From: Vibrio vulnificus CMCP6
Lineage (GTDB): Bacteria; Pseudomonadota; Gammaproteobacteria; Enterobacterales; Vibrionaceae
NCBI RefSeq assembly: GCF_000039765.1
Contig: NC_004459.3
Location: forward strand, 1,440,001 to 1,472,000
DNA: 32,000 bases
Reading direction: 5' to 3'
This document shows, piece by piece, positions 9,727 through 18,421 of the stretch. The notes under the pieces are model-generated. The model ran no database searches. It was not told the DNA's origin and saw only the letters and a program-made list of their open reading frames with translations. The first letter of the stretch is position 1, and every line of letters starts with the position of its first letter. Position numbers and translations under genes: made by a program.

Positions 9727-10689
9727 ATGTCGCTGCCTGTTGTGGTTTTTCTCGATCGCGCCACCATTCCTGCCCACATCACCCTGCCGACTTTGGCGTT
9801 TGAGCATCGCTGGGTTGAATACGATTTCACGTCGCCAGAACAAGTGATTGAACGTCTGCAAGCGGCCGATATTGTCATCACCAATAAAGTGCTGCTCGAC
9901 CAAGCATTGTTAGCGCAGTTGCCGAACTTACGGATGATTGCGGTCGCTGCAACCGGATTTAACAATGTCGATGTGGATTTTTGCGCGGAAAAAGGCATTG
10001 CCGTCGCGAATGTGCGAGGCTATGCGACGCGATCGGTGCCTGAACACGTGATTGCTATGCTGTTTGCGCTGCGTCGTAACCTGTTTGGTTATCATCAAGA
10101 CATTGCTGCCGGTGTATGGCAACAGGACAAGCAGTTTTGCTTTTTTACTCATCCCATTGGCGATGTGGCAGGCTCGACGTTGGGCATCATTGGCTCTGGC
10201 GCGTTAGGGCAAGCGACGGCGCAATTGGCGCAAGCATTAGGCGTGAAGGTGTTGTTTGCTGAGCGAAAAGGGCAAAGCGATTGTCGTCAGGGCTATCACC
10301 GTTTTGAAGAGGTGTTGGCGCAAGCCGATGCGATTTCCCTTCATTGCCCACTTTCAGCGCAAACACACCACTTAATCGGCGCGGCGGAGCTGGCCAGCAT
10401 GAAAAGCAACGCGATTTTAATCAATACTGGGCGTGGTGGCTTAGTTGATGAACAGGCTTTGGTCGAGGCGTTGAAAAAGGGCGACATTGCGGCGGCTGGC
10501 GTAGATGTGTTTAGCACAGAGCCTGCCGATGAAACCAATCCGCTGCTCGCGAATATGCATTTGCCAAACTTGCTGCTCACGCCGCATGTGGCGTGGGGCA
10601 GTGATTCTGCGATTACTCAGTTGTGTGAGATTTTGCTGGAAAACATCAACGCCTATTGGCGAGGCGAAACGCTCAACCGTTTGGTGTAG
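9727..10689 (+). CDS. D-isomer-specific 2-hydroxyacid dehydrogenase (glycerate dehydrogenase / hydroxypyruvate reductase-like)
   Basis: NAD-binding GIIGSGALGQ, and the INTGRGGLVD and TPHVAWGS catalytic-region motifs. An AAGGAG Shine-Dalgarno lies at 9716-9721. Confidence 0.85.
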   Translation: MSLPVVVFLDRATIPAHITLPTLAFEHRWVEYDFTSPEQVIERLQAADIVITNKVLLDQALLAQLPNLRMIAVAATGFNNVDVDFCAEKGIAVANVRGYATRSVPEHVIAMLFALRRNLFGYHQDIAAGVWQQDKQFCFFTHPIGDVAGSTLGIIGSGALGQATAQLAQALGVKVLFAERKGQSDCRQGYHRFEEVLAQADAISLHCPLSAQTHHLIGAAELASMKSNAILINTGRGGLVDEQALVEALKKGDIAAAGVDVFSTEPADETNPLLANMHLPNLLLTPHVAWGSDSAITQLCEILLENINAYWRGETLNRLV

Positions 10690-10703
10690 CGAGCAGCAAT
10701 GAA

Positions 10704-10728
10704 AAAGGGTGACCTGATGTCACCCTTT
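10704..10728. terminator. Shared terminator between the convergent dehydrogenase and ridA genes
   Basis: AAAGGGTGAC (10704-10713) pairs with GTCACCCTTT (10719-10728) around a 5-nt loop. The T tract is strong on the minus strand (ridA side) and weaker on the plus strand. Confidence 0.7.
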
Positions 10729-10748
10729 AAAATCGGTTGGATTGGCGA

Positions 10749-11138
10749 TTATTTACGAACCGCGATCGCTTCGATTTCGATGCCCACGTCTTTTGGTAGA
10801 CGAGCCACTTCCACACATGAACGTGCTGGGTAGTGCGCGACGTTGTGCTCGTCGAAGAAGTTACCATACACCTCATTTACTGTGCCAAAATCGTTGAGAT
10901 CTTTAACGAATACCGTCATTTTCACGATGTCGCCTACAGTCAGGCCAGAGGCTTCGACCACCGCTTTGACGTTGTCGAGCGATTGGCGAGCTTGCGCTGC
11001 GATGTCTGCTGGCACTTCGCCTGTTGCTGGGTTTACTGGGATTTGGCCAGAGGTCAGTACCATATTGCCTAGGTCTACGCCTTGGATGTATGGGCCGATT
11101 GCAGCAGGTGCTGAGTCTGTATGAAGTACTTTAGTCAT
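10749..11138 (-). CDS. ridA: RidA (YjgF/TdcF family) reactive enamine/imine deaminase
   Basis: Starting from the ATG at 11138 gives 129 aa, MTKVLHTDSAPAAIGPYIQGVDLGNM..., nearly colinear with E. coli RidA (128 aa). The ORF-track start at 11171 adds 11 unsupported residues. Confidence 0.9.
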   Translation of the reverse strand: MTKVLHTDSAPAAIGPYIQGVDLGNMVLTSGQIPVNPATGEVPADIAAQARQSLDNVKAVVEASGLTVGDIVKMTVFVKDLNDFGTVNEVYGNFFDEHNVAHYPARSCVEVARLPKDVGIEIEAIAVRK

Positions 11139-11208
11139 TATTATGTTCCGTCTTGATTGCAAGGAAAACAAAGAGCGTTCAGTGTGCCGTGAAAGAAATG
11201 ATTGGTAA

Positions 11209-11238
11209 AGAAAAAATCCCCGCTAGGTAGGCGGGGAT
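11209..11238 (-). terminator. Rho-independent terminator of the pyrBI operon
   Basis: On the minus strand, ATCCCCGC / GCGGGGAT forms a stem (11216-11223 with 11231-11238) followed by TTTTTT (plus-strand A run 11211-11216), 9 nt after the pyrI stop. Confidence 0.75.
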
Positions 11239-11246
11239 CGTATCGA

Positions 11247-11708
11247 TTAACGCTCAGTGACGATCTCTCGGGAGAAGACTTTTTCACAATATTTACACTT
11301 CAAACGTACGTCGCCTTTTTTCTCAAACACGCGGAAGTTACTCGCGACTGGCTCATTGTGCGTAATGCAGTTGGTGTTTGGGCACTCAAAGACATCACTG
11401 ACAAACTCAGGCAGCTCCAACGCGAGCTTCTTCACCACTTGGTAATCTTCAATTTGATTGACGGTGGCGTGAGGCGCGTAAAGGGCCAATTTGCTCGCTT
11501 GCTCTTCGTTGATAAACACGTTTTCAATCTTGAGCAAATCTTTGTTACCCAGAGCGGATGAAGGCAAATTTAAGCCAATGGTGACGCGCTGCGATGAGTT
11601 GTGCATATCAAACAGTTTCAACACCTTGATGCCTACTTGCGCTGGGATATGGTCGATCACTGTACCGTTTTTAATCGCTTCAACCTGCAATTTTGTCTCT
11701 TTGTTCAT
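11247..11708 (-). CDS. pyrI: Aspartate carbamoyltransferase regulatory chain
   Basis: 153 aa, as in E. coli PyrI. The Zn-domain cysteines are present (CPNTNCITH ... CKYCE). It lies 14 nt downstream of pyrB. Confidence 0.95.
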   Translation of the reverse strand: MNKETKLQVEAIKNGTVIDHIPAQVGIKVLKLFDMHNSSQRVTIGLNLPSSALGNKDLLKIENVFINEEQASKLALYAPHATVNQIEDYQVVKKLALELPEFVSDVFECPNTNCITHNEPVASNFRVFEKKGDVRLKCKYCEKVFSREIVTER

Positions 11709-11722
11709 CTTGATTCTCCTAC

Positions 11723-12652
11723 TTACAGTGATTCGTTCAGTACCAGTGCCAACAAGGCTTCACGAGCGTAAACGCCGTTGCCTGCTTGCTGGAAGTAGTA
11801 AGCGTGCGGTGTTTTGTCGACGTCAGTGGTGATCTCATCCACACGTGGCAGTGGATGCAGCACTTTGAGGTTCTCACGTGCGCCTTCCAATAGCGCTGCG
11901 GTGAGGATGTAGGCGGATTTAATGTGCGCGTATTCCGATTCATCGAAACGTTCTTTTTGTACGCGCGTCATGTAGAGAATATCCAGCTCAGGGATTACGG
12001 TTTCCATGTCTGTGTGCAGGCTGTAGCTGATGCCAGCTTCATCCAGATCTTCAAGAATGTAATCTGGCATTGCCAATGCGTCTGGCGCAACAAAGAAGAA
12101 GCGGATGTTGTTGAATTTTGCCAAGGCTTGCGTCAACGAGTGTACGGTGCGGCCATATTTTAAGTCACCGACAAACGCCACATTCAAGTTGTCCAAACGA
12201 CCTTGCGTTTCGGAGATGGTGAACAGATCAAGCAGCGTTTGAGTTGGATGCTGGTTCGCACCATCACCGGCGTTGATCACCGGAACACCGTTAGAAAATT
12301 CAGAAGCCAGACGCGCAGCGCCTTCTTGTGGGTGACGCATGACAAAAGCATCCACATAGTTCGAGATGACTTGTACCGAGTCAGACAGCGTTTCGCCTTT
12401 TTTCGCCAGTGAGGTGTTACCACCATCGTCAAACCCAATGACATCGCCACCGATGCGTTGGATGGCCGTTTCAAACGACAGGCGAGTACGGGTGGAAGGC
12501 TCGAAGAAACAACTCGCGACGACCTTGTTCTTTATCAGCTCTGGGTTTGGCTCTGCTTTTAACTGACCTGCCGTTTTGACAATCAATTCCAGCTCAGCGC
12601 GGCTAAGCTCTGGAATGGAGATAATGTGCTTCTTATAAAGCGAGTTTGTCAT
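11723..12652 (-). CDS. pyrB: Aspartate carbamoyltransferase catalytic chain
   Basis: 309 aa with the STRTR carbamoyl-phosphate motif, HPTQ and HPLPR motifs. It is followed by pyrI. Confidence 0.95.
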   Translation of the reverse strand: MTNSLYKKHIISIPELSRAELELIVKTAGQLKAEPNPELIKNKVVASCFFEPSTRTRLSFETAIQRIGGDVIGFDDGGNTSLAKKGETLSDSVQVISNYVDAFVMRHPQEGAARLASEFSNGVPVINAGDGANQHPTQTLLDLFTISETQGRLDNLNVAFVGDLKYGRTVHSLTQALAKFNNIRFFFVAPDALAMPDYILEDLDEAGISYSLHTDMETVIPELDILYMTRVQKERFDESEYAHIKSAYILTAALLEGARENLKVLHPLPRVDEITTDVDKTPHAYYFQQAGNGVYAREALLALVLNESL

Positions 12653-12682
12653 AATCGTCTTCCCTATCTGAATGTTTCAGGC

Positions 12683-12711
12683 ATAAAAAAGCCCCCCATG
12701 ACGGGAGGCTT
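12683..12711 (-). promoter_or_regulatory. pyrBI leader attenuator (intrinsic terminator upstream of pyrB)
   Basis: The minus strand reads AGCCTCCC-GTCAT-GGGGGGCT followed by TTTTTTAT. The hairpin lies 31 nt upstream of the pyrB ATG. This is the same architecture as the E. coli pyrBI attenuator. Confidence 0.7.
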
Positions 12712-12812
12712 CAAAATTCTATTGGTTGAACAAATACAATGGTAGAAGAAACAACACCATGCAGGTGGGATTGCGTACCTGCTCGTCGTGTTTTGTTACT
12801 GCGATGATCCAT
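12711..12812 (-). CDS. pyrL: Candidate pyrBI leader peptide, 33 aa (MDHRSNKTRRAGTQSHLHGVVSSTIVFVQPIEF)
   Basis: An ATG at 12812 opens a minus-strand frame ending at TGA (12713-12711), which abuts the 5' arm of the attenuator hairpin. A T-rich stretch precedes the hairpin. No strong Shine-Dalgarno is present. It is too short to appear in the ORF track. Confidence 0.55.
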   Translation of the reverse strand: MDHRSNKTRRAGTQSHLHGVVSSTIVFVQPIEF

Positions 12813-12833
12813 TGTTATTTACCAACCCTCGGA

Positions 12834-12874
12834 CAAATTGCCGAGCATTATACGCGTAAGAAAAGCGAGCGCAA
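12834..12874 (-). promoter_or_regulatory. Candidate sigma70 promoter of the pyrBI leader with an AATTTG initially transcribed sequence
   Basis: On the minus strand: -35 TTGCGC (12874-12869), a 16-nt spacer, -10 TATAAT (12852-12847), 7 nt, then AATTTG (12839-12834). AATTTG is the sequence I recall as the UTP-sensitive reiterative-transcription site of E. coli pyrBI. Confidence 0.6.
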
Positions 12875-12911
12875 GCGATTACATCAAGCTTTAGGTCTGA
12901 AATGTAATCGA

Positions 12912-13916
12912 TTAACTGCCTAAAGTTGCGACCATCACGGCTTTGATGGTGTGCATGCGATTTTCGGCTTCATCAAACACAATCGAATGCTCAGATTCAA
13001 ACACCTCTTCGGTCACTTCCAAGCCTTTCATACCAAACTTGTCAGCCACTTGTTTGCCAATGGTGGTTTCGTCGTTGTGGAAAGCCGGTAGGCAATGCAT
13101 AAATTTGACATTCGGATTGCCAGTTTGCTTGAGGACATTCATGTTGACTTGATAAGGTTTCATCAATGCCACGCGCTCATCCCAAGCCTCTGGTGATTCA
13201 CCCATGGAGACCCAAACATCGGTATAGAGGAAATCACAGCCTTGTACCCCTTCTGCGACATTTTCAGTCAGGGTAATCTTGCCGCCGGTTTGTTTGGCAA
13301 TGGCTTGGCAGGCGGCCACGAGTTCTTCATCGGGCCAGTAAGCTTGCGGGCCAACAAGGCGAATATCCATGCCCATTTTGGCTGCGCCCACCATCAACGA
13401 ATTGCCGACGTTATTACGCGCATCACCAAGGTAGGCGAATTGAATGTCGGCAAGTGCTTTGCCTTGGCTGTGTTCAAGCATGGTGAGGAAGTCAGCAAGA
13501 ATTTGTGTGGGATGAAATTCGTCGGTTAAGCCATTCCATACCGGGACGCCAGCGAAAGCACCGAGCTCTTCGACGATCGCTTGACCAAAGCCACGATATT
13601 GAATGCCATCGTACATGCGACCCAACACTCGCGCAGTGTCTTTCATCGACTCTTTATCACCAATTTGCGAGCCAGAAGGGCCGATATAGGTGACTTGTGC
13701 GCCTTGATCAAAGGCGGCGACTTCAAAAGCACATCGGGTACGAGTTGACGCTTTCTCAAAGATCAATGCAATGTTTTTGCCCAGTAGTTTCTTCTGCTCA
13801 GTGCCAGCGTATTTGGCTTTCTTTAGATCAGCAGACAGATCGATCAAAAACTGGATCTCTTTTGTCGAGAAGTCCAACAACTTGAGGAAGTTGCGATTCC
13901 GGAGATTAAATGCCAT
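12912..13916 (-). CDS. argF: Ornithine carbamoyltransferase
   Basis: 334 aa, nearly colinear with E. coli ArgI ([40 protein letters not shown]). Confidence 0.95.
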
Positions 13917-13974
13917 GACTCGTTCCTTATTTATCCATCGTCATGGCACTAGTAAAACATAGAAATGCTACTTT

Positions 13975-13992
13975 TGTGAATAATTATTTTAA
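13975..13992. promoter_or_regulatory. ARG-box-like ArgR operator candidate upstream of argF
   Basis: TGTGAATAATTATTTTAA differs from the 18-bp consensus wnTGAATwwwwATTCAnw at 2 positions and lies about 60-75 nt upstream of the argF ATG. I could find only one good box; the canonical pair is not evident. Confidence 0.45.
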
Positions 13993-14000
13993 AATTAAGC

Positions 14001-14030
14001 ATAAAAAAGCCAACTTAAAAAGTTGGCTTT
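14001..14030 (-). terminator. Rho-independent terminator of arcA
   Basis: On the minus strand, AAGCCAACT / AGTTGGCTT forms a stem (14007-14015 with 14021-14029) followed by TTTTTTAT, 22 nt after the arcA stop. Confidence 0.75.
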
Positions 14031-14051
14031 AGTGAGAACATTAGCACGAAG

Positions 14052-15272
14052 TTAGATATCATCACGCTCAATCGGGCAACTCATGCAGCGTGCACCACCA
14101 CGGCCACGGCCTAATTCATTCCCCGGAATGGTGAGAACTTCAATGCCCGCTTTATCGTATTTTTCATTGGTGTAGACGTTTCGTTCATAACCAATCACCA
14201 CGCCTGGTTTCACGGTTAACACGTTATTGGCATCGTTCCACTGTTCACGTTCTGCCTCATAACTGTCACCACCGGTGGTAATGATATTGAGGTGATTCAA
14301 GCCCAGTGCACGTTCAATGGCGTGCAAATAGTTATGCAAAGCTTCTACTTGCATCTCGCCATTGCCTTTTGGCGTTAAGCGCCAAGTATGCAGATCTTTA
14401 CGCATGATCTCTGGATAAACAGAAAAAGTATCAACATCCATGTGTGTCATCACCGTATCTAAGTGCATGCACGAACGATGTTTGGGCAGTTCAATGGCAA
14501 TCACTTCTTTTGCTTGGCCATGTTTAAACAGGTTGGCCGCTAAGTTTTCCACTCCTTGTGGGGTAGTGCGCTCTGACATGCCAATCAGCACGGCGCCTTT
14601 ACCTATCACTAACACATCGCCCCCTTCAATGTTGGCGTTGTCGTAATGGAGGTCTTCGTTGCCAAAGTATTTGATGAAATCTTGCCCCGCAAAGATGGGG
14701 TGCCACTGATAAATCGCCCGCAAATGGTTGGTCTCACGTTGACGTGCGGGTTTCATCATTGGATTGAGCGATACACCACCATAAACCCAACATGAGGTAT
14801 CACGGGTAAAGAGATGATTCGGGAGCGGTTCAATCACGAAGTCTAATGGCTGCTTCATGCGCGGCAGCATAGAGGCCGACTGAATGGGTAATTCAGAGTA
14901 AGCCAGACCACCCAGCAAAATGGTGGCAAGGTGTTCGTTGTCCATCTCAGAAAGGTAACGACGTAAGTCGCGCGCAAAAATTGGGCCGTAGCGAAAATCG
15001 GAGATTTGAACATCTAACAGCCACTGCTTTGCTTCTGGCACGGCGAGGGTATCCACCATCAAATCGTGCAGAAGTAGCACCTCAACACCTTGTTGGCGCA
15101 ACGTATCGGCAAACGCATCGTGCTCTTTACCTGCCGCCTCAACCAGTAAGACATCGTCAAACAGCAGTTCATGACAATTTGAAGGGGTAAGGTGGGTTAG
15201 GGCTCTTTCTGGTCGATTAAGAAGGACTCGGCGTAACTGACCGACTTCAGAACCTACATACAACTTACTCAT
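14052..15272 (-). CDS. arcA: Arginine deiminase
   Basis: 406 aa. The N-terminus ([14 protein letters not shown]...[14 protein letters not shown]) and the C-terminal catalytic-Cys region ([13 protein letters not shown]) are typical of ArcA. Confidence 0.95.
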   Translation of the reverse strand: MSKLYVGSEVGQLRRVLLNRPERALTHLTPSNCHELLFDDVLLVEAAGKEHDAFADTLRQQGVEVLLLHDLMVDTLAVPEAKQWLLDVQISDFRYGPIFARDLRRYLSEMDNEHLATILLGGLAYSELPIQSASMLPRMKQPLDFVIEPLPNHLFTRDTSCWVYGGVSLNPMMKPARQRETNHLRAIYQWHPIFAGQDFIKYFGNEDLHYDNANIEGGDVLVIGKGAVLIGMSERTTPQGVENLAANLFKHGQAKEVIAIELPKHRSCMHLDTVMTHMDVDTFSVYPEIMRKDLHTWRLTPKGNGEMQVEALHNYLHAIERALGLNHLNIITTGGDSYEAEREQWNDANNVLTVKPGVVIGYERNVYTNEKYDKAGIEVLTIPGNELGRGRGGARCMSCPIERDDI

Positions 15273-15491
15273 TTTGCATCCTTACAGTTTATCCTGGCGC
15301 TATTTATGACAATCTTTTGTATAAGATGCAAATCATCTGGCTTTGTTTAAGTCCTGCATTATTGGTTATTTTTGGTTTTAAATTCCAATCTAACCGCTTT
15401 CTCTGGATGTTTATTTTGTTTTGTGGTGTTTAAAAAAAGTACGGCAGGATTGATTTTTTATGCGTAAACGGTGCTTTGCTTACTTTGAGTC

Positions 15492-15524
15492 TTTTTGAAT
15501 AAAACGTGATTTTTTATTCAAAAA
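15492..15524. promoter_or_regulatory. Perfect 13-bp inverted repeat, TTTTTGAATAAAA-N7-TTTTATTCAAAAA, in the arcA/rraB divergent region
   Basis: Read directly from the sequence. It contains TGAAT / ATTCA half-sites but not at ARG-box spacing. It lies about 220 nt upstream of the arcA ATG. Its function is unknown. Confidence 0.3.
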
Positions 15525-15836
15525 ACTGCATTTTATCGTTCGGCTTAGGCGTTATTCATTCTAGAAGCGCATTTGTTTACTGCATGAAGTCGCGCGATAA
15601 GGGCAATTCTATTTATCTATATTTCATCTTCTTGGCGTTAGGATGTTCTGAATATTAATAAATTGGCACTATTGTTAAAAATGTGTTGTTTTGCATTGTG
15701 GTGACGGCCCATTTTGAGGTTAAGCAGCAAAAGATAGGTTGTATGTCGCTTTGTCGGTGGCTTTTCTAGGCGATCCATGCCATATTTCACCGCAACAAAT
15801 TGATCCAATTTAGAGTAACGATTCCGGAGCTAAAAC

Positions 15837-16259
15837 ATGTCTCACGAAGATGAATATCTATCAGTAGAAGAGTTAATTGAGATTCAAAAGGAAGAGACTC
15901 GCGATATTATCGCTGCTCTGCTTGAAGATGGCAGCGATCCTGAAGCACTGTATGAAATCGAGCACCACCTATTTGCTGAAGATTTCGACACCCTAGAAAA
16001 AGCGGTTGTTGAAGCATTTAAGATGGGCTTTGAAGTGCTGGAAGCTGAAGAAACTGAAGATGAAGACGGCAACAAGCTGCTTTGTTGTGATGCAACCATG
16101 CAGTCGACGCTGGACGCTGAAACCATTGATGCTCAAGTAGAGAAGTTGGTTCATCTCGCTGAAAAATACGACATCATCTATGATGGTTGGGGCACTTACT
16201 ACGAAGGTGAAGATGCGCTATACCAAGATGACGACGAAGACGAAGACTTCGAAGACTAA
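15837..16259 (+). CDS. rraB: RNase E regulator RraB (YjgD)
   Basis: 140 aa with strong similarity to E. coli RraB ([25 protein letters not shown], acidic tail). It is adjacent to the argF region, as in E. coli. Confidence 0.9.
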   Translation: MSHEDEYLSVEELIEIQKEETRDIIAALLEDGSDPEALYEIEHHLFAEDFDTLEKAVVEAFKMGFEVLEAEETEDEDGNKLLCCDATMQSTLDAETIDAQVEKLVHLAEKYDIIYDGWGTYYEGEDALYQDDDEDEDFED

Positions 16260-16268
16260 TAAAACAAG

Positions 16269-16295
16269 AGCCGGCGATTGCCGGCTTTTGTTTGT
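16269..16295 (+). terminator. Rho-independent terminator of rraB
   Basis: AGCCGGC-GATT-GCCGGCT followed by TTTGTTTGTGTT. Confidence 0.8.
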
Positions 16296-16414
16296 GTTCC
16301 GTTTGCTCGCATGGCGTTGTTATTCATCTTGTTACACTCATACGGAGAACAGCGCTCGCTCATTGGCAGGGTTGTGTATATAATGCGGCAAACTTGATCT
16401 AGCTCAATTATGAT

Positions 16415-17191
16415 ATGCAACTCTCACTCACTGGTTATTGGCAACTTTCCCCGCTTACCGATCTCTCTATTCCACAAGATGATCTCTGCTTTCCCGCGCC
16501 ACTAAGCGAGATTTTGCCTGCTTCCCTCTCTGAGCAAGCCATTGCGGCGCAAGAATGGCACTTGATGCACGACATCGAAGTGGATGACAGTTTGCTGGCT
16601 TATCCTGCGGTTGAGATGGTGCTTGCTGGAGTGGATTACCATGCCGAAGTGCGCTTAAACGGCATTGCTGTGTTTGATTGTGATAAAAGTCAGTTTGAGT
16701 ATCGCAAAGATATTCGTCCTTATCTGCAACATGGACGTAATCGCTTTGAAATTCTTTTTCTCGAAGAGGAAGAAGAATTGCTGTTTGAGGAAGACAGACT
16801 GGCATTGTGCGAGTTAGGGGCAAATGCCTATCAACCCAGTGACGAAAGAATGGGGATCTGGCGAGAGCCGTATTTGCAGTTTATCCGCCACGTTCGTCTT
16901 GATTGCGTGACGACCGAGCAAATCTGGCACCATGGTGGTGGGTGTGAATTTAAAGTGGATCTCTACTATCAAACCTACGTATCGGGTTTGATTTCAGCTT
17001 CAGTCAAGTTTGATGGCCGCCGCTACAATATCCCTCTGGATCTGCGCAGCGATCATGCTAGTGCTTTATTTCAAATTGACGCCCCCAGCCCAGCAACACC
17101 ATATCAATTAGAGATTGAGCTTGATGGTCAGACGCTGAGCGCACCCGTTGTGCTCGATGAGGCGATTTCGGTTACCCACTTTGTCCGCTAG
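16415..17191 (+). CDS. Hypothetical 258-aa protein resembling the N-terminal beta-sandwich (sugar-binding) domain of GH2 glycosidases; no catalytic domain
   Basis: The pattern LTGYWQL ... EWHLMHDIEV ... MVLAGVDYHAEVRLNGIAVF ... YRKDIRPYLQHGRNRFEILF matches the GH2 N-terminal motif layout (W..., F.GVD..A.V.LNG, DIT..L..G.N.L...F). No signal peptide and no clear Shine-Dalgarno are present. Confidence 0.55.
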   Translation: MQLSLTGYWQLSPLTDLSIPQDDLCFPAPLSEILPASLSEQAIAAQEWHLMHDIEVDDSLLAYPAVEMVLAGVDYHAEVRLNGIAVFDCDKSQFEYRKDIRPYLQHGRNRFEILFLEEEEELLFEEDRLALCELGANAYQPSDERMGIWREPYLQFIRHVRLDCVTTEQIWHHGGGCEFKVDLYYQTYVSGLISASVKFDGRRYNIPLDLRSDHASALFQIDAPSPATPYQLEIELDGQTLSAPVVLDEAISVTHFVR

Positions 17192-17196
17192 TTGCC

Positions 17197-17691
17197 TTAT
17201 AAATGGCAAATCATCACCACTTCACAAGCGTCATGTCCGGTTTGCCCGAGTGGCGCTTGCAGATGTTCAAATCCGAGCTTTTCATACAGAGCAATGGCTT
17301 CTTTCAAGCAGGCAGTGGTTTCTAGGTAACAGCGTTGATAACCCATCTTTTTCGCGGCGCTGCGGCTGAGCGAAACGATTTTCTTGGCCAGACCCTGCCC
17401 ACGGCAAATGGGTAAGAAGTACATTTTTTGTAACTCGCAGACACCTTCGACCCCTGCTAGCGCAGAAAAGCCACCTCCACCGACGATCTTCCCTTGATGT
17501 TCCACCACCCAATAGGCGGCATTTGCTTGTGAGTAGATGCTAAAAAGATCGTCTAGGGTTGGATCGGCAACACTGTAGCCTTTATCGGCGGTTAACCCAT
17601 ACTCCGCCGAGACTTGACGAATCACATTGGCGATTGAGGCGTTGTCTTCAACGGTGATAGGGCGCAAGACAAAGTCCATTTTTTCTGACAT
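17197..17691 (-). CDS. GNAT family N-acetyltransferase (occupies the position of E. coli yjgM)
   Basis: 164 aa with an acetyl-CoA-binding motif ([11 protein letters not shown]). Its stop codon lies only 5 nt from the stop of the convergent 16415-17191 gene. Confidence 0.85.
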   Translation of the reverse strand: MSEKMDFVLRPITVEDNASIANVIRQVSAEYGLTADKGYSVADPTLDDLFSIYSQANAAYWVVEHQGKIVGGGGFSALAGVEGVCELQKMYFLPICRGQGLAKKIVSLSRSAAKKMGYQRCYLETTACLKEAIALYEKLGFEHLQAPLGQTGHDACEVVMICHL

Positions 17692-17737
17692 AAGACCAAT
17701 CGTATTTCAAATTATGATGGTCAAAACTATAGAGTCA

Positions 17738-18148
17738 CTACACGGTTGGGTGCAAACAAAAACTGTGCGAATCGAGGGTTTGTTTTGCCGCGCTGTGGCG
17801 CAACCAAACCTTCTCATGGAAGTAGTACACTACGGTGTTAATAGACGGTTCGAGTAATGCCATCACCCCACCGACAAACGCATCACCTGTTAACAAGTAA
17901 ACCACGCTAAACGCCACGCTGAAATGCACGGTAGCAAAACTGGCGGTCTTGATTTTCGTCATCCACTGACGCGCTTTGAGCGCTGGCACGGTAGACCATG
18001 CTTTTTCATGGAAGTAAAACGCAATGGTATTGACCGCAGGTTCAATCATCGCAATCAAACTGCCGATGAGGATATCGCCCGTTAAGATGTAGGCAACAGT
18101 GAAAGCGACCGTAAAATGAAGTGCTGCAAAGGTAATGGTCTTTTTCAT
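17738..18148 (-). CDS. Membrane protein made of two tandem DUF2061-like modules
   Basis: Two internal repeats each end in the same motif: ..LHFTVAFTVAYILTGD..IEPAVNTIAFYFHEKAW and ..VHFSVAFSVVYLLTGD..LEPSINTVVYYFHEKVW. The start is chosen at MKKTITF (18148). In-frame alternatives at 18163 and further upstream to 18253 are possible. Confidence 0.7.
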   Translation of the reverse strand: MKKTITFAALHFTVAFTVAYILTGDILIGSLIAMIEPAVNTIAFYFHEKAWSTVPALKARQWMTKIKTASFATVHFSVAFSVVYLLTGDAFVGGVMALLEPSINTVVYYFHEKVWLRHSAAKQTLDSHSFCLHPTV

Positions 18149-18421
18149 AATCTTATCTCTCATGATGCGTTTGGCTCGTTTTGCCACTGGTGACAGTATC
18201 ATGGGAAAGTTACGAAAGTTAAAATCGATTAAATTTATTATTTTAATAGTCAAATGCTATTGGTTGTGCTTATTGATTGATTCATATAAATAATTAGTTG
18301 ATAAAATAAACCCTTGTCACTGAATGTATTTCGGACGTTCGGTTAAAATTACACGCTTTTTATAAAGTTAATGTTTGATTAATCAATAATAAATCGAAAA
18401 ACAACGTCAGGATAAAAATGA

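Noticed and set aside
12726-12923. A 65-aa plus-strand ORF in the pyrBI leader region
   Set aside because: It is antisense to the pyrBI promoter, leader and attenuator and overlaps the argF stop. It has no translation signals.
13996-14013. A second ARG box adjacent to the one at 13975-13992
   Set aside because: At the canonical 3-bp spacing, the neighbouring 18-mers on either side have at least 5 mismatches. The downstream one is actually the arcA terminator stem.
16363-16384. TTGGCA and TATAAT upstream of the GH2-N-like gene, considered as a sigma70 promoter
   Set aside because: The two hexamers are only 10 nt apart, and no acceptable -35 sits at 16-18 nt. TATAAT (16379-16384) may still be a -10 element, but I cannot support a full promoter call.
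18375-18386. TTGATTAATCAA, a perfect palindrome upstream of yjgN, considered as an FNR or Fur box
   Set aside because: The half-sites match FNR (TTGAT/ATCAA) but are spaced 2 nt apart instead of 4. Alignment to the 19-bp Fur consensus is poor. AT-rich palindromes of this size are expected by chance in AT-rich promoter DNA.
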